A DNA stretch of 32,000 bases from Horticoccus luteus (GTDB lineage: Bacteria > Verrucomicrobiota > Verrucomicrobiia > Opitutales > Opitutaceae). The notes under the pieces are model-generated. The model worked only from the letters and a program-made list of their open reading frames with translations, was not told the DNA's origin and did not search any database. The position numbers were made by a program, and so were the translations under genes. Shown piece by piece: positions 17,467 through 29,400 of this stretch. The stretch lies in assembly GCF_019464535.1 (NCBI RefSeq), contig NZ_CP080507.1, forward strand, positions 2,580,001 to 2,612,000, read 5' to 3'. Position 1 is the stretch's first letter. Each line of letters begins with the position of its first letter.

Positions 17467-20400
17467 TCACGGGTTGACGTCGTAAATTTCGAGCAGGGCG
17501 ACGCCGCTGGTGTTATTCACTCCCGCCACATGCACGGTATAGACGCCGGGCTGGAGCGTCACGACCGCGGCGGCATCTTTGGTCGTATCGGAATCCAGCG
17601 CGAAGGCGCCGACCGACTGAGCCACGTCCTTGAGCGCGGTGGTGCCGCCCCAGTTGTCGTTCGTCGCGACCACGGTGGAACCTTGATACACCGTCAGCAT
17701 GGGATCCTGAAGCACGCTGGATGCACTCACCCCATAGGTGACGAGGGACGGTCCGACGCCGCGAATCAGCAGCTTCTTGGGCGCGTTACCCGTGATGACA
17801 AAGCCGGCGATCAAAATGCCATCGCCGGTCTTCGCCTCGGACCGCACGGAGACGTTTACGAAGTGCGCATCGCCGACGAGGGTGGCGTCGTAGACTTCAA
17901 GGAGTGCGAGACCGGCTGCCGTGCCCGTCGTGGTGATATGGCCGCTGTAAGCGCCCGCCGTGAGAGGCGCGAGCAACACCGCATCTTTCGAATTGGACGG
18001 GATGACAAACGCGCCGACTTCGGCGGTTTTGACCACGAGAGGCGCGGTGCCGCCCCAGTCATCGTTTTCAGCGATCTGCGTGGCCGAACCGTTGTCGAAG
18101 AGACGGATCTGCGGATCAGCGAGGACGGTCGCCGCCGGCACGCCATACGGCACCAAGCCGGGACCGATGCCGCGCACCAACACATCCTGGCTGCCGGAAC
18201 CAGCCACGACGAAGCCCATGATGAGCGTCTGGTCGAGTTTGCCGGCGCCGCTGCGCACCGAGAGATTCACGATGCGTGAGGTCGAGATCGCCGAGCCGCT
18301 CAACCCCGCGAAACTGATCGGCGTCGTCGCGCCCACGGGGAGAACACTCGCGGTGACGCTCTCGCTCTCCGGAGCGACCGAAACAGTGATTGCCGACGAG
18401 TTCGCGGTCGCAACCGTGAGCTGGCCGTTGGCATCGATCGTGCCGGTGCCGCCTCCAACCGAGCCAGGCGTGGTCGTGACGACCAAGGCCTGGCCGCTGG
18501 CTCCGATGACGGTGTAAACGCCGCCGTCGGAAGTGCCGAGGGCTGCGGCGGCATAGTAGCCGGCCACGCCCTGCGCCGCGCCCGTTGAAGGATCCGCCGC
18601 GCCGCTGAAGGTTTCATCCAAGCCTTCCAGTTGCCCCACCACACTCTGGTGAACGACGTGGCCCGTCAGTGTGAACTGGCCGGAAACAAGGGCCTGCGGC
18701 GCGTGCGTCCCGGCGATCGCCACTGTCGGCGTCGCGGTGCCGGTGGCGCGGATTTCGCTGCCGGTGACCGTGAAGCTGCCATCCGCGGCGAGGGTGACGT
18801 CCAAGACGATTACGCTCTGGCGCTGCGGCAGGTTCGCGATGAACACGCCGGTGTTGTCGGCATTGACCGACAATGCCCAATCGCCGCCCGCGGTGAATTG
18901 TCCGAAATAGATGCCCGTGAAGCTCGGGACTGTCGCCGTCAGCGATACGGAATCGCTGGTCACGGAGCCGGCCGCGTTGGTGACGACAACGGAGTAGCTT
19001 CCGGCATCGGTCACCGCCGTGGACGTGAACGCGAGGGTGGCACTCGTCGCACCGGCGATGGCGACGCCGTCCTTGCGCCACTGATAGGTAAACGGACCGG
19101 TGCCGCTCGCGACGACCGAGAAGCTGGCGGCATCGCCAACACTGACCGACTGCCCCACCGGCGCGGTGGCGATCGCCGGCGCAATGATCAGCGGGTTGAC
19201 GGTGAGGGTTGTCGTGGCCGTGGCGTTTTTGTAATTAGCGGAATCAGTTGGCGTGAACGCGACGCTGAGGGTCTGACCGACGCCAGCACCGAGCACGGTG
19301 CCCGCAGGCGGCGTATAGACGAACGCTCCGGCCACATTCGCTGAGGCGTTGAGCTGCGTGGCGCCGAGCGCAGTGCCCGCCGTAATCGCCGCTGGCGCCG
19401 ACCACGTGATGGCCGGCGTGGCCTTGTTCACTGTGAGCGAAACGGTGGCGGTTGCGTTTGTATAATGAACCAAATCCGTCGGTGTGAACGTGACGCTCAA
19501 TGTCTGGCTGCCCGCCGCGAGCACCGCGCCCGAGGCCGGCGTGTAGACGAAGGCGCCCGCGACGTCGGCGGTGGCGTTGAGTTGCGTGGCACTCAAGGCG
19601 GTGCCGTAGCCAATCGCGGCCGGCGTAGCCCAAGTCAGCGTCGGCGTGACCGGCGTAGGCGGCACATCGCTCGTGACCACCGTAATGGTGGCGCTCGCGC
19701 CGCTGGTGCCGGCAGCGTTGGTCGCGCGGATACGGTAGTAATACGTGGTGCTCGCGGAGAGGCCGGTGACGCTGGCGTTCAGCGCGGCGCCGACGTCGAG
19801 ATCGGCATAGCCGGCAACCAGGTTCGTGAAGCTGTCGTTGGTGGACACATCAAGGCGGTAGCCAGTCGCCGTCGGCGCGCTGTTCCAGTGCGCCGTGAAA
19901 CCGGCCACCGTGACACTCGTGGCTGCACTGGCGACGGGCGCAGCGGGAGGCAAGTTGACGGTCAGCACGGCGGCACTCGAGGTGATCGCGCTGACGGTGT
20001 TCGTGACCACAACGGTGTAATTGCCAGCGTCGCCCGCTTGCACATTCGCAAGATCGAGGATCGGGCCGGTGGCGCCAACCACATCGGCGCCGTCATGTTT
20101 CCATTGGTAGGTAAACGGTCCCGTGCCGGCGGCGACCACGGCAAATTCCACATCGCTGCCGATCGCCACCGACTGGGATTGTGGCTGCGTCGTTATCGAC
20201 GGCGCGGTGGCCGCAATCACGGTGAGGGCTGCGCCGTTACTGGTGATGTTGCCGCCAGTGTTGGCGACCACGACCGAATAGGTGCCGATATCGGCGAGCG
20301 TGGTGGCGGAGATCGTCAGCACGGCGGTGGTGGAACCCGAAATATGCGCACTGTCGGAGAGCGCAGTGCCGTCTTTCTTCCATTGATAGGTCGCCGTCGT

Positions 20401-23400
20401 GCCGCTGGTGACCTGGACCGTGAAGGTGGCGTCGGCGCCGGTGGCGACGGTCTGGCTCTGGGGTTGCGCGGTGATGGTGGGCGCGCCGGACGTATCGACG
20501 GTGTAGGCCGTTTTGAGCCAGTTGTCTTTGCTCCACGTGAGCGTGCCGGCGCCAGAGCCCGCCGCGAGAATGGCGGGCAACTGCGCGGGATCGTCCATCG
20601 TGTAGTCGTAGGGCAGTTGATTGTTCGGCAGGTCCCACACGAACGGAATCACCGGCGCTTGGAACGGTCCCATCGGGTTGTTCGCATCGGTGCTGTTGCC
20701 GCGCACGGTCGTGAGCGTGCCATCGGGAGCGTGGAAGCTGTAGATGGAATCGAGGGCCTTGATCTTGCCGGTGTAGATGGCGCTCGACGGATCCGTCTGG
20801 TTGTTGCGCAGCGGCCAGAGGCAGTCCGCGTAGATCGATTTCTCGACAAGGATCGAGCCGTTCTCCGTGGAGATCGTGCCGTTGATGGGCGGATTGAAAC
20901 TGTAGGTGTTGTTGAGCGTGTTGAGCAGCGCCGAACTCAGCGACGCGGCGCGCGCATCGCGCAGACGTTTCGCCGCGAGCAGCTCAACGTCGTCAACGTA
21001 GATGTTGTAATCATGGACGTTGCCGCCGCGGAGACGGGGCACGACGCGGTCCCAGACGTTCTTGAACCATTGGTGATGGAACGTCGCCGTGAGCGAGTCG
21101 TTCTCCGCTTTCAGCGAGTTGGAACCCATCAAATGCCCTTTGTCGTGGCCTTGGATGATGGTGGCGATGTCGTCGACGGAATAGCCGTTGGTCCGCAGGA
21201 AATTGTAGAACGGATAAGACGAACGCTTCGCTTCGAGCGCGGCGAGTTGCACGCGCACCGGGCTGTTGGGGTTCGTCGCCTCGTCGTCGCCGATGTATTT
21301 GCACCACGAAAGCGTAGCGTTGGTCGTCCCGGCCTTGAGGTCGACGATGCCGTCGTAGGCCTTGGTGAACGTGCAATGATCGATCCAGATGTTGGACACG
21401 TCGCCGCCGTTGCTGACGGTGATGAAATCCCAATCGTTGGAATCGTAATTGCCTTTGGAGGCCTCGTCCCACTCCCACATTTCGTCGAACTTGAGATTGC
21501 GGATGATGATGTTGGAGGTGCCCTTCACGTTGAAGTTGACGTGTTTGATCGTGACACCGGTCGCCGAGAAAATCGTGAGGGGACTCTTGGCCTTGATGTC
21601 GAGGACGCTGACGCCCGAGGCAATCAGAGCCGGGTGCAGCTTCGGCGTGGCGTGCGAGCGCAACGGATTGCTCGGCAGGCCTTGCACCGTGGCGCCGACC
21701 TCGATCCAGCCGAGGTTGAGGTCGTTCATGATCTCGATGACCTTCACCTTGCCGGCGGTCTTGTTGGAATCGGAGATGGCCTGGACGAACTCCTGCGCCG
21801 TGGTCACTTTGCGGTAGGCCGGATCGCTCTCCGGAATCACACCGCCACCGGTCGTGCCGGAACCGACCGTGGCGAAGCCGGTGAGATTGAATTCCGTGAC
21901 CGGGAGGGCCGACGCGAGGTTGAGCGCGACCGCGTCGCTGATGACGGATCCGGCCGCATTCGAAACGGTCACCGCGTAATTACCGGTGTCGCCCGCCTGC
22001 ACGTTGCTCACCGTGAGCGAACTAGTCGTGGCGCCAGCGAGGGTGTTGCCGTCCTTCTTCCATTGGTAGGTCAGCGGCGCGGTGCCGGTGGCGGTCACGG
22101 TGAAGGTGGCGTTGGTGCCGGCCGCGACGGTTTGCGCCAGCGGCTGGGCGGTGATGACCGGCATCTGCGGCGGCGCGACCTGCACGGTCAGCGTGGCGAC
22201 CGCGGAATCAACGACGCTCGCGGAATTGGTGGCCGTGAGCACGTAGTCGCCCGCATCGGCGAGTTGCACGGTGCTCAGCGTGAGCGTGGCGCTGGTCGCG
22301 CCGCTGATCGCCGAGCCGTTTTTCTTCCATTGATAGGTCAGCGGGTCCGTGCCGGTGGCAGCGGCGGTGAAGGTGACGTTGGCCCCTTCAGTCACGGAGG
22401 TGGATTGCGGCTGCGTGGTGAACACCGGCGGCGTGGCGACCGTGACGGTGAGCACCGCGGCGGCGCTCGTGGCCGAGCCGAGATCATTGGTGACAACAAC
22501 GGTGTAACTGCCGGCGTCGCCCGAGGTGAGGTTGGTCAGCGCGAGCGTGGCGGAGGTGGCGCCGCTGATGGCGACGTTGTCTTTTTGCCACTGGTAAGTG
22601 AGCGGATTCGTGCCGCTGGCGACCACGGTGAACGCTGCACTTCCACCAAGCGCGCCCGCCACCGAAGCGGGTTGCGTGTCGATGGACGGTGCGGACGGGC
22701 CGGCGGCCTCGATGCTGTAAGAGAGTCCGGTGATCGTCAGGGCGTTGAAGGAGTTCGACCCTCCCGCAATGCGCACCGCGAGTTGATCGTAGGTGCCGTT
22801 GGCGCGCGAATCGGTGGTCGTGTCCGTGCCCGTGAGGACGTAGTTGGACAATCCGCCGCCCGTCAGCGTCGCCGTCAACTCACTGGATTCGGAGAGGCGC
22901 GCGACAACATAGGTGAGCGTGTAGGTCGTGGAGGCCGTGAACGCGGCCGTCGTGCCGGAAGGGTTGGCGGCCACCAAGTCGGTGTAGAGCGTGGCGCCGG
23001 TCGAACCCATCAACGTGGTGTTCGTCGAACCGGGAATGCGGGCGAGAAGCTTACCGGCGCCCGAGTCGATGTTATAGGAAGCGACGTAACCCATGTCGTC
23101 CGTGACGACGGAGTTCGTTTCCGTATTGGCGCTCGCGGTGACGCGGGTGCCGTTGGCGTTGAAGAGACCGAAGCGAAGCGCGTTGGGGGCGACCGCGACA
23201 TTGCTGCCCATCTGAAACACGAGCGTGAGCGTCAACTTTTGCCCCACGGCGAGGTTGATGGCGTTGGGCAGGTAGGTGACGAAACTGGAGGCGGAAGCCT
23301 GGCCTTCGTTGAAGGTGATGCTGTTCACGCCCGTCGTGAGGGTGTCGGCGGTGCGGGTCTTGAACCAAGTGAGTTGGGAGGCATCGAGCGTCGTGGTGGC

Positions 23401-26400
23401 CGCGCCAGCGGTGACGACCGAGATGACATTCGACGATCCGCTGGTTCCGGCGGCGTGGACCGCGCGAACGCGGTAATAATACGCGGTGCCGGAACTGAGG
23501 CCGGTGAGCGCGCGGCTGAGATCGGAACCGACGGCGAGGTCCTGGTAGCCAGAGACGAACGTGTCGAAATTGCTGCTGGAGGAAACGTCGAGGCGGTAGC
23601 TGGTGCCTCCGCTGACCGCGGACCACGAGGCGACGAAACCGGTATTGGAAACGGCAGTGGCCGCCGCCGCCACGGGAGCTTCCGGAGAATCCGTGACCGT
23701 CAACGTCGCGACGTCGCTCGTGACACTGTCAATGCTGTTGGTGACAACGACCGTGTAACCGCCGGCGTCACTGCTCTGCGCGTTGGCGACCGTATAAGCG
23801 CCGCCGGTGGCGCCGGAGATCGGCGAACCATCCTTTTTCCATTGGAACGTAAACGGCGCCGTGCCGCTCACCACGACGGAGAACGTGGCCGAGCCACCCA
23901 CGTAAACGGACTGCGCAGCCGGTTGCGTCGTGACCGACGGGCCGGTCGCCGCGCCGACCGTCACCGTGACGGCGTCGCTGGTCGTGTGGCCCGCGGAATT
24001 GGTGATCGTGATCGTGTAGCTGCCGGAATCGGCCACTTGGGCCGCGGCGAGCGCGAAGGAAGAATTCGTGGCGCCGCCGATCGCCGACCCGTCTTTCGAC
24101 CACTGATACGTGAAGGGCGCGGTGCCTTGCACCGACACGGAGAGCGTCACGGCTGCGCCGGTAATCACCGACTGACCTTGCGGCGCGGTCACAATGACCG
24201 GAGGCGTGTGGAGATAAGTTTCAACGGCACCAATGTCCGGCGCGTCTTCATAATAGCCGGCCGTCGCGAACGGGAACTGGCCGATCACGTCGCCCGGCGG
24301 GAGGACGCCCGCGTTGAGCAGCGGGCTGTTCGCGACCGGCCGGGCGAAATCGCCGAGCGCGATGCTGCCATCCGCGTTGCGCGCGAAGCCGCCGACCGGG
24401 ACGGTCAACGTGACGAACGCCGTTTTGTAAGCGGTGAGGCTGGCGTCGTTGATGCTGGGACCGCGGCTGGAAGAGCCGACGAACCAGAAGATATTGCTGG
24501 CCCCGGTGGGGACGCCGCTGTTGCCGACGTAGCGGTCGTTGACGCCATTGCGGTTGCCCGGACCGGAGCTGGTCGTCCAGAGGGAAATGTTGTTATAGAA
24601 CGTGGCCTCGCCGGAATCGAATTTGAAGTTTCCCTCGACGTTGTCCCACGCCAGATTGTTGACGAGGACGATGGCGCCGGGGTTGCTGTTCCACGTGAAT
24701 CCGTTCTTACCATTGTTAAAGCTGATGCAGCGGGAGACGTAGTGGGCGACGGCGATTTTCTCGCCGCCGAGTTTGAAGCCGTTGCGATCACCGGCGGCGT
24801 TTTGCGTGCCGTCGGTCAGCGTGCCGTTGTTATAGGAAATGCACTGGTCGAGGACGACCGGATCGATCGGGCCCGTCTCGCTCTTCGTATAAAGATCCCA
24901 CCCGTCGTCGATATTGTTGTGCGAAATGCAGCCGCGGAATACATTGCCGGCACCGGCGGTGAGTTTGCACGCGAAGCCGTCGGCGTTTTCGCCACTGCCA
25001 GGGGCGACGTCGCAGTTGTCGTAGGACTCGCAGTTGAGAATCAAGTTGTAGGTCGGCCATTCGGAGCGGGGCGCCGACGACGAATAGCGGCCGATCTGGA
25101 GGCCCGTATCCCGGTTGCCGTGCAGGCGGCACAGCTCGACGATATTGTGATTGCCGACGACGTAGACGCCGTTGTCCGCGGCGTTTTTGATTTCCAGACC
25201 TTTCAGGTGCCAGTAGTCGCCGCCGAGCCAGACACCGCGCGGGTTGCTGACAGTGGAGGGATTGCCGTAGGGCTGGGAGGAGAAGTCGAACACCGGCGTT
25301 TCGGCGGTGCCGCCCGGTGGGACGTAGGCGACGAGATTCTTAAGCGCACCATCCGTGCCATTATTACCGCGCTCGATGCGCAACTCCGTGGACATCGCGT
25401 AAGTGCCACCGCGCACAAAAATCGTGCCGCCTGCGGGCACCAGCGCGATGGCGTTGGCGAGCGTCGTCGGCTGCGCGAACGTGCCGGGGTTGTCCACGAG
25501 ACCGTCCGGAGCCACGAAGATCGAGCCTTCGCCGACCGCGGGCGGTTCGGTCACGGTGAGCGCGACGGGATCGCTCGTGACGCTGCTGGCGGCATTCGTG
25601 ACGACAACGGTGTAGTTACCCGCCGCCGTGAGTTGGACGTTGGTCAACGTCAGTGTCGGCGCGGTCGCGTCGGGGATGTCGGCGTTGTCTTTCCGCCATT
25701 GATAAGTGAAAGGCGCGCTGCCCCCGGCAGTGACACTGAAGCTCACGGCGCCGCCAATGACGACGGATTGCGAGCCGGACTGGGCAAGGACGACCGGCGG
25801 CGTCACCACGCCGGTGAGATCGAGCGATGCGACCGCGCTCGTGTCGGAGCCCGCGCTGTTGCTAACGACAACGGTATAGGCGCCGGCGTCGGCAGGTTGC
25901 ACGTTGTTCAACGTGAGCGTGTCGGAAATCTCGTCGGCAATCGCCGTGCCATTCTTCCGCCATTGATAACTGAGCGGCGCCGTGCCGGTCGCCGTGATGG
26001 TGAAGGTCACCGTCGCGCCGCTGTCGACGGTCTGCGACTGGGGTTGCGTGACGACCTGCGGCGCGTTGACGACGGTGGAAATCGTGAGCGTGGCGGGCGC
26101 GCTCGTGACGCTGCCTTTGCCGTTGGTGACAACGACGGTGTAATCGCCCGCGCTGGTATCCTGCGCACTGGCGATGGTGAGCGCGGCGGAAGTTTCGCCG
26201 GAAAGCGGTGAGCCATCTTTGCTCCACTGATAGGTGAACGGGGCATCGCCGCTGGCCGCGACGGTGAAAGTGACCGCCGAGCCCAGATCGACGGTTTGCG
26301 CGGCGGGCTGCGTGGTGATCACCGGGCTGCCGTCGGCGACCGCCGTCATCGAGACGGAGACGTTGTCGATGGCGATCGTGTCGTTGGACGTGGTCGAGGA

Positions 26401-29400
26401 CGTCGCGCTGTTGGCGGTTTTCCAGCGAAACCAAATCGTGGCGCCATCAGCCACCGTAACGGCAACAGGACCGCTGGTCAGGGTGGCGGTTTTGCCCACG
26501 GAGCCGCTGGCCGAGGTGAAGGCGAGGTCGCTCAACGTCGTCCAGCCGGACGTGGCATTGAGATCGGTGGACGTAGCGCCGATCCGGTATTCAACCGTGA
26601 ACGTCATATCCCGACCGGTGGTGTTTTCCCGCCACTGCTCGGGTGTGTAAGTGAGCGTGAACGAATCGAGGACGCGCCCGGATTGATTGGTAAACGCGAG
26701 ACCGAGGTAGGTCGGCGCTGTGTTAAGGCGCGTGTGATACGCGAGCGCGCGGTCGGCGTTGCCAGCAGTCCCAATGCTGCCGAGCGTGAGATCGGCGAGA
26801 TTGGATGAACCGTCGTTCGTCACGCCTGTGGCATTGAGCGAACCGGTGGTCGGGACGGCGTGCCAACCAGGCAGCGTGGAATCGTTGACCCAGGCAAAGG
26901 TGCCCGACGACGGCAGTGTGTCGAAATTCTGGGTATAAGCGGTGCCGCCGAGGCTGTAGGTGCGGTCGGCTGTCGCGCCGGTGTTGACGATTACGATATC
27001 GGCCGCCGCCGCCGAAGTCGCGATCGTCGCGGCAGTCGAAGAGGCACTGGTGCCCGCGGCGTTGATCGCCCGCACCCGGTAGTAATAGTTGGTGCCGGCA
27101 GTCAGGCCGCTGATCGCGCGAGAAAGGTTGGTGCCCACGTCGAGGTCGTTATAGCCGGCGACGAACGAGGAAAAATCGCTGCTGGTGGAAACGTCGAGCC
27201 GGTAGCCGGTGGCTTCGCTGACCGCGGCCCAGTTCGCGGTGAACCCCGTGCCGGTGACATTCGTGGACCCGAGCGTCTGCGGGACATCCGGAGGCGTGCC
27301 AGCCGGCATCACCGTGAGGACGGCGGCGGCGCTGGTGACGCTGCCGTGGGAATTGGTGGCCGTGACCGTGTAACTCCCGCCGTCCGCCGATGTGGGCGAG
27401 CCGATACTCAAGGTCGCCGCCGTGGCACCATCGATCGGGCTGCCGTCCTTGTTCCACTGATAAGTCGCCGCCGGCAGAGCCGCCACGGTGACGCCAAAGG
27501 TTGCCCCCCCCCCCGCCTGCGTCGTAACGGAAACCGGCGCGGAGAGCACGAGCGGCGCCAAAGCCGGCGTCCACGCACTCATCACATCGCCGGCCAGCGA
27601 GGTGTTCAACACCCACACCGGGTCATTATAGTTTGCGACTTGGGCGTCGTTGGCGGGCGAGGTCCACTGGTACGACCATGCAGCGCGCTGGCTGACATCG
27701 ACCGGGGAATTGTCGCTGATCTTGCGCGGATTGAACTCGACGCAATTGGTGGCGGCGGCACCGGAGACCGTCTGACCATTAAGGTTCCACGCCACGGGCA
27801 GGATATGGTCGCCTTCGGTGCTGTTGATCAGCACGACTTCGGTGTGCGGATTGGCGTTCTGGTCGAGCCGACCGAGGTAGCACCCACTGACCGGGTTCGC
27901 GGGATTCTGGCTGTCGGCGTCGGCGGAACTGAACTTGCAGTCCACGTAAACGAAGCCGTGGTTCGTCGCGGGATTCCGGATCTGGGTGTAATAGCTTTGA
28001 ATGCTGAGGGCTTTGAGTTCGCAGTTCGTGAAATAGACCGGGCCGTTGCCCCACATAAAGTCGGTGTCGCCTTCTATATAGCTGTCGCTGATGTAGGCCT
28101 GGCCATTGATGAGCAGCGTGTCCTGATAACTGGAGAGATTGACGTGAGTGATCACGGCCTGCAGCGCGGTCGCAGAGCCGCTGAGATAAAGCGCCTCGGC
28201 CTGCGAGCCCGTCTTCGGGGTGAAGTTCTTGATCGTCAGGTTGGTGATGACCATGCCCGTGCTGTTGCCTCCGCGGCAGGTGAAGGCCGCACGCCACGCG
28301 GTGCCGGTGGGATTGAAATTATTGTTGTTCGGATAACCGATCACCACTCCGTCGCGGCTTTGGCCGAGGAAGGTGATGTTGCTCTTCGCAGTCCAAGAAA
28401 CGATTTCGTAGTAAATGCCGTTTTTGATATAAATGGTCGTTGGCGTGGTGTTGTTAGCGGGAATGAAATCCAGGGCGCCCTGCACCGTGTAAAAATCGCC
28501 GGACCCGTCGTGCGCGACAGTGAGGCGGGTCGAACCAGCGTCGGGCGCGGCGGCTTTGGTGGAGAAGCGCCAAGTCGTGTTGTCGCTGAAACCGACGAAG
28601 GTTGCGCCGCTCGCGTCCACGATCGTCCCGGCGTCGATGGTCACATAGTAGGTCTTGCCGTAGGTGAGCGTGCCGTCGCGGGGATAGACCGTCAGCGTAT
28701 TCCCGTCGATCGTCACGGGGTAATAGCGCAGGCCGGTCTGGCCACCGACCGTCTTGGTCTGCACGGGCAACGCCAAAATGGAGGCGTTGGCGACGCGTGC
28801 GGCCGCGGCGTCAAAGCTGATCGTGTCGACGGGCGTGGAGGGATTGGCGGAGTCGAAAATCTTGAGCGAGCCCGAGACGCCCGCCGTGATCGGAGCGTTG
28901 AACGTGATCGTCAGCGGCTGATCGGGAAACACGGCCGAAGCGTTGTTCGCCGGGGCGGTGTTCGTGGTTGCGAGCGCGGTTGAAAGGACGTTGACGGCAG
29001 CGGTCGCGCTGGTGGCGGAGCCCGCGGCGTTAGTCGCCACGACGGTGTAGTTGCCCGTAGCGGCCCCCGTAGCCGAGGCGATGGTGTAGCTTGCGCTGGT
29101 CGCACCGTTGAGAACGACGTTGTTCAATTTCCACTGATAAGTGGGAACGGGCGTCCCAACAGTGGCGGCCGCGGTCAGCGTTAAAGACTGTCCGGCCTGA
29201 AGATTACCGCCGACCGGTTGCAGGGTGAACGAAGGCACTTGGTTGACGGTCAACTCCGCAGCGGCACTGGTCGCGGCACCGACCGAATTGGTCACGGTGA
29301 CGCGATATGATCCGGCGTCGGAAAGTTGCGCGGGCCCCACGACCAGCGTGGCGTCAACGGCATTGGTCAAATCCGCCCAGTGTGCCCCGGCATCCACGCT

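Noticed and set aside
17467-17560. Possible GlyGly-CTERM, PEP-CTERM or LPXTG sorting tail on the giant protein, which would link it to the neighbouring rhombosortase.
   Set aside because: The C-terminus reads ...GVNNTSGVALLEIYDVNP. It has no Gly-Gly motif, hydrophobic helix or basic tail.
19465-26211. Very long stop-free antisense ORF (2,248 aa, plus strand) opposite the giant gene. Similar antisense ORFs occur at 26860-28983, 1767-3689, 12648-14447, 4948-6201, 9193-10560 and 14478-15800.
   Set aside because: The translations are Arg/Gly/Asp/Ala-rich low-complexity strings with no recognisable motifs. Each lies entirely opposite a frame with strong family-specific motifs. Stop-poor antisense frames are an expected by-product of GC3-rich codon usage.
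27775-27900. 'SYQWTSPAND' within the tail of the CE8 module as a sixteenth Ig-like domain.
   Set aside because: The surrounding sequence lacks the flanking strand patterns (D.G.Y.V.V.N..G..TS) of the 15 true units. It is likely a chance YQW.
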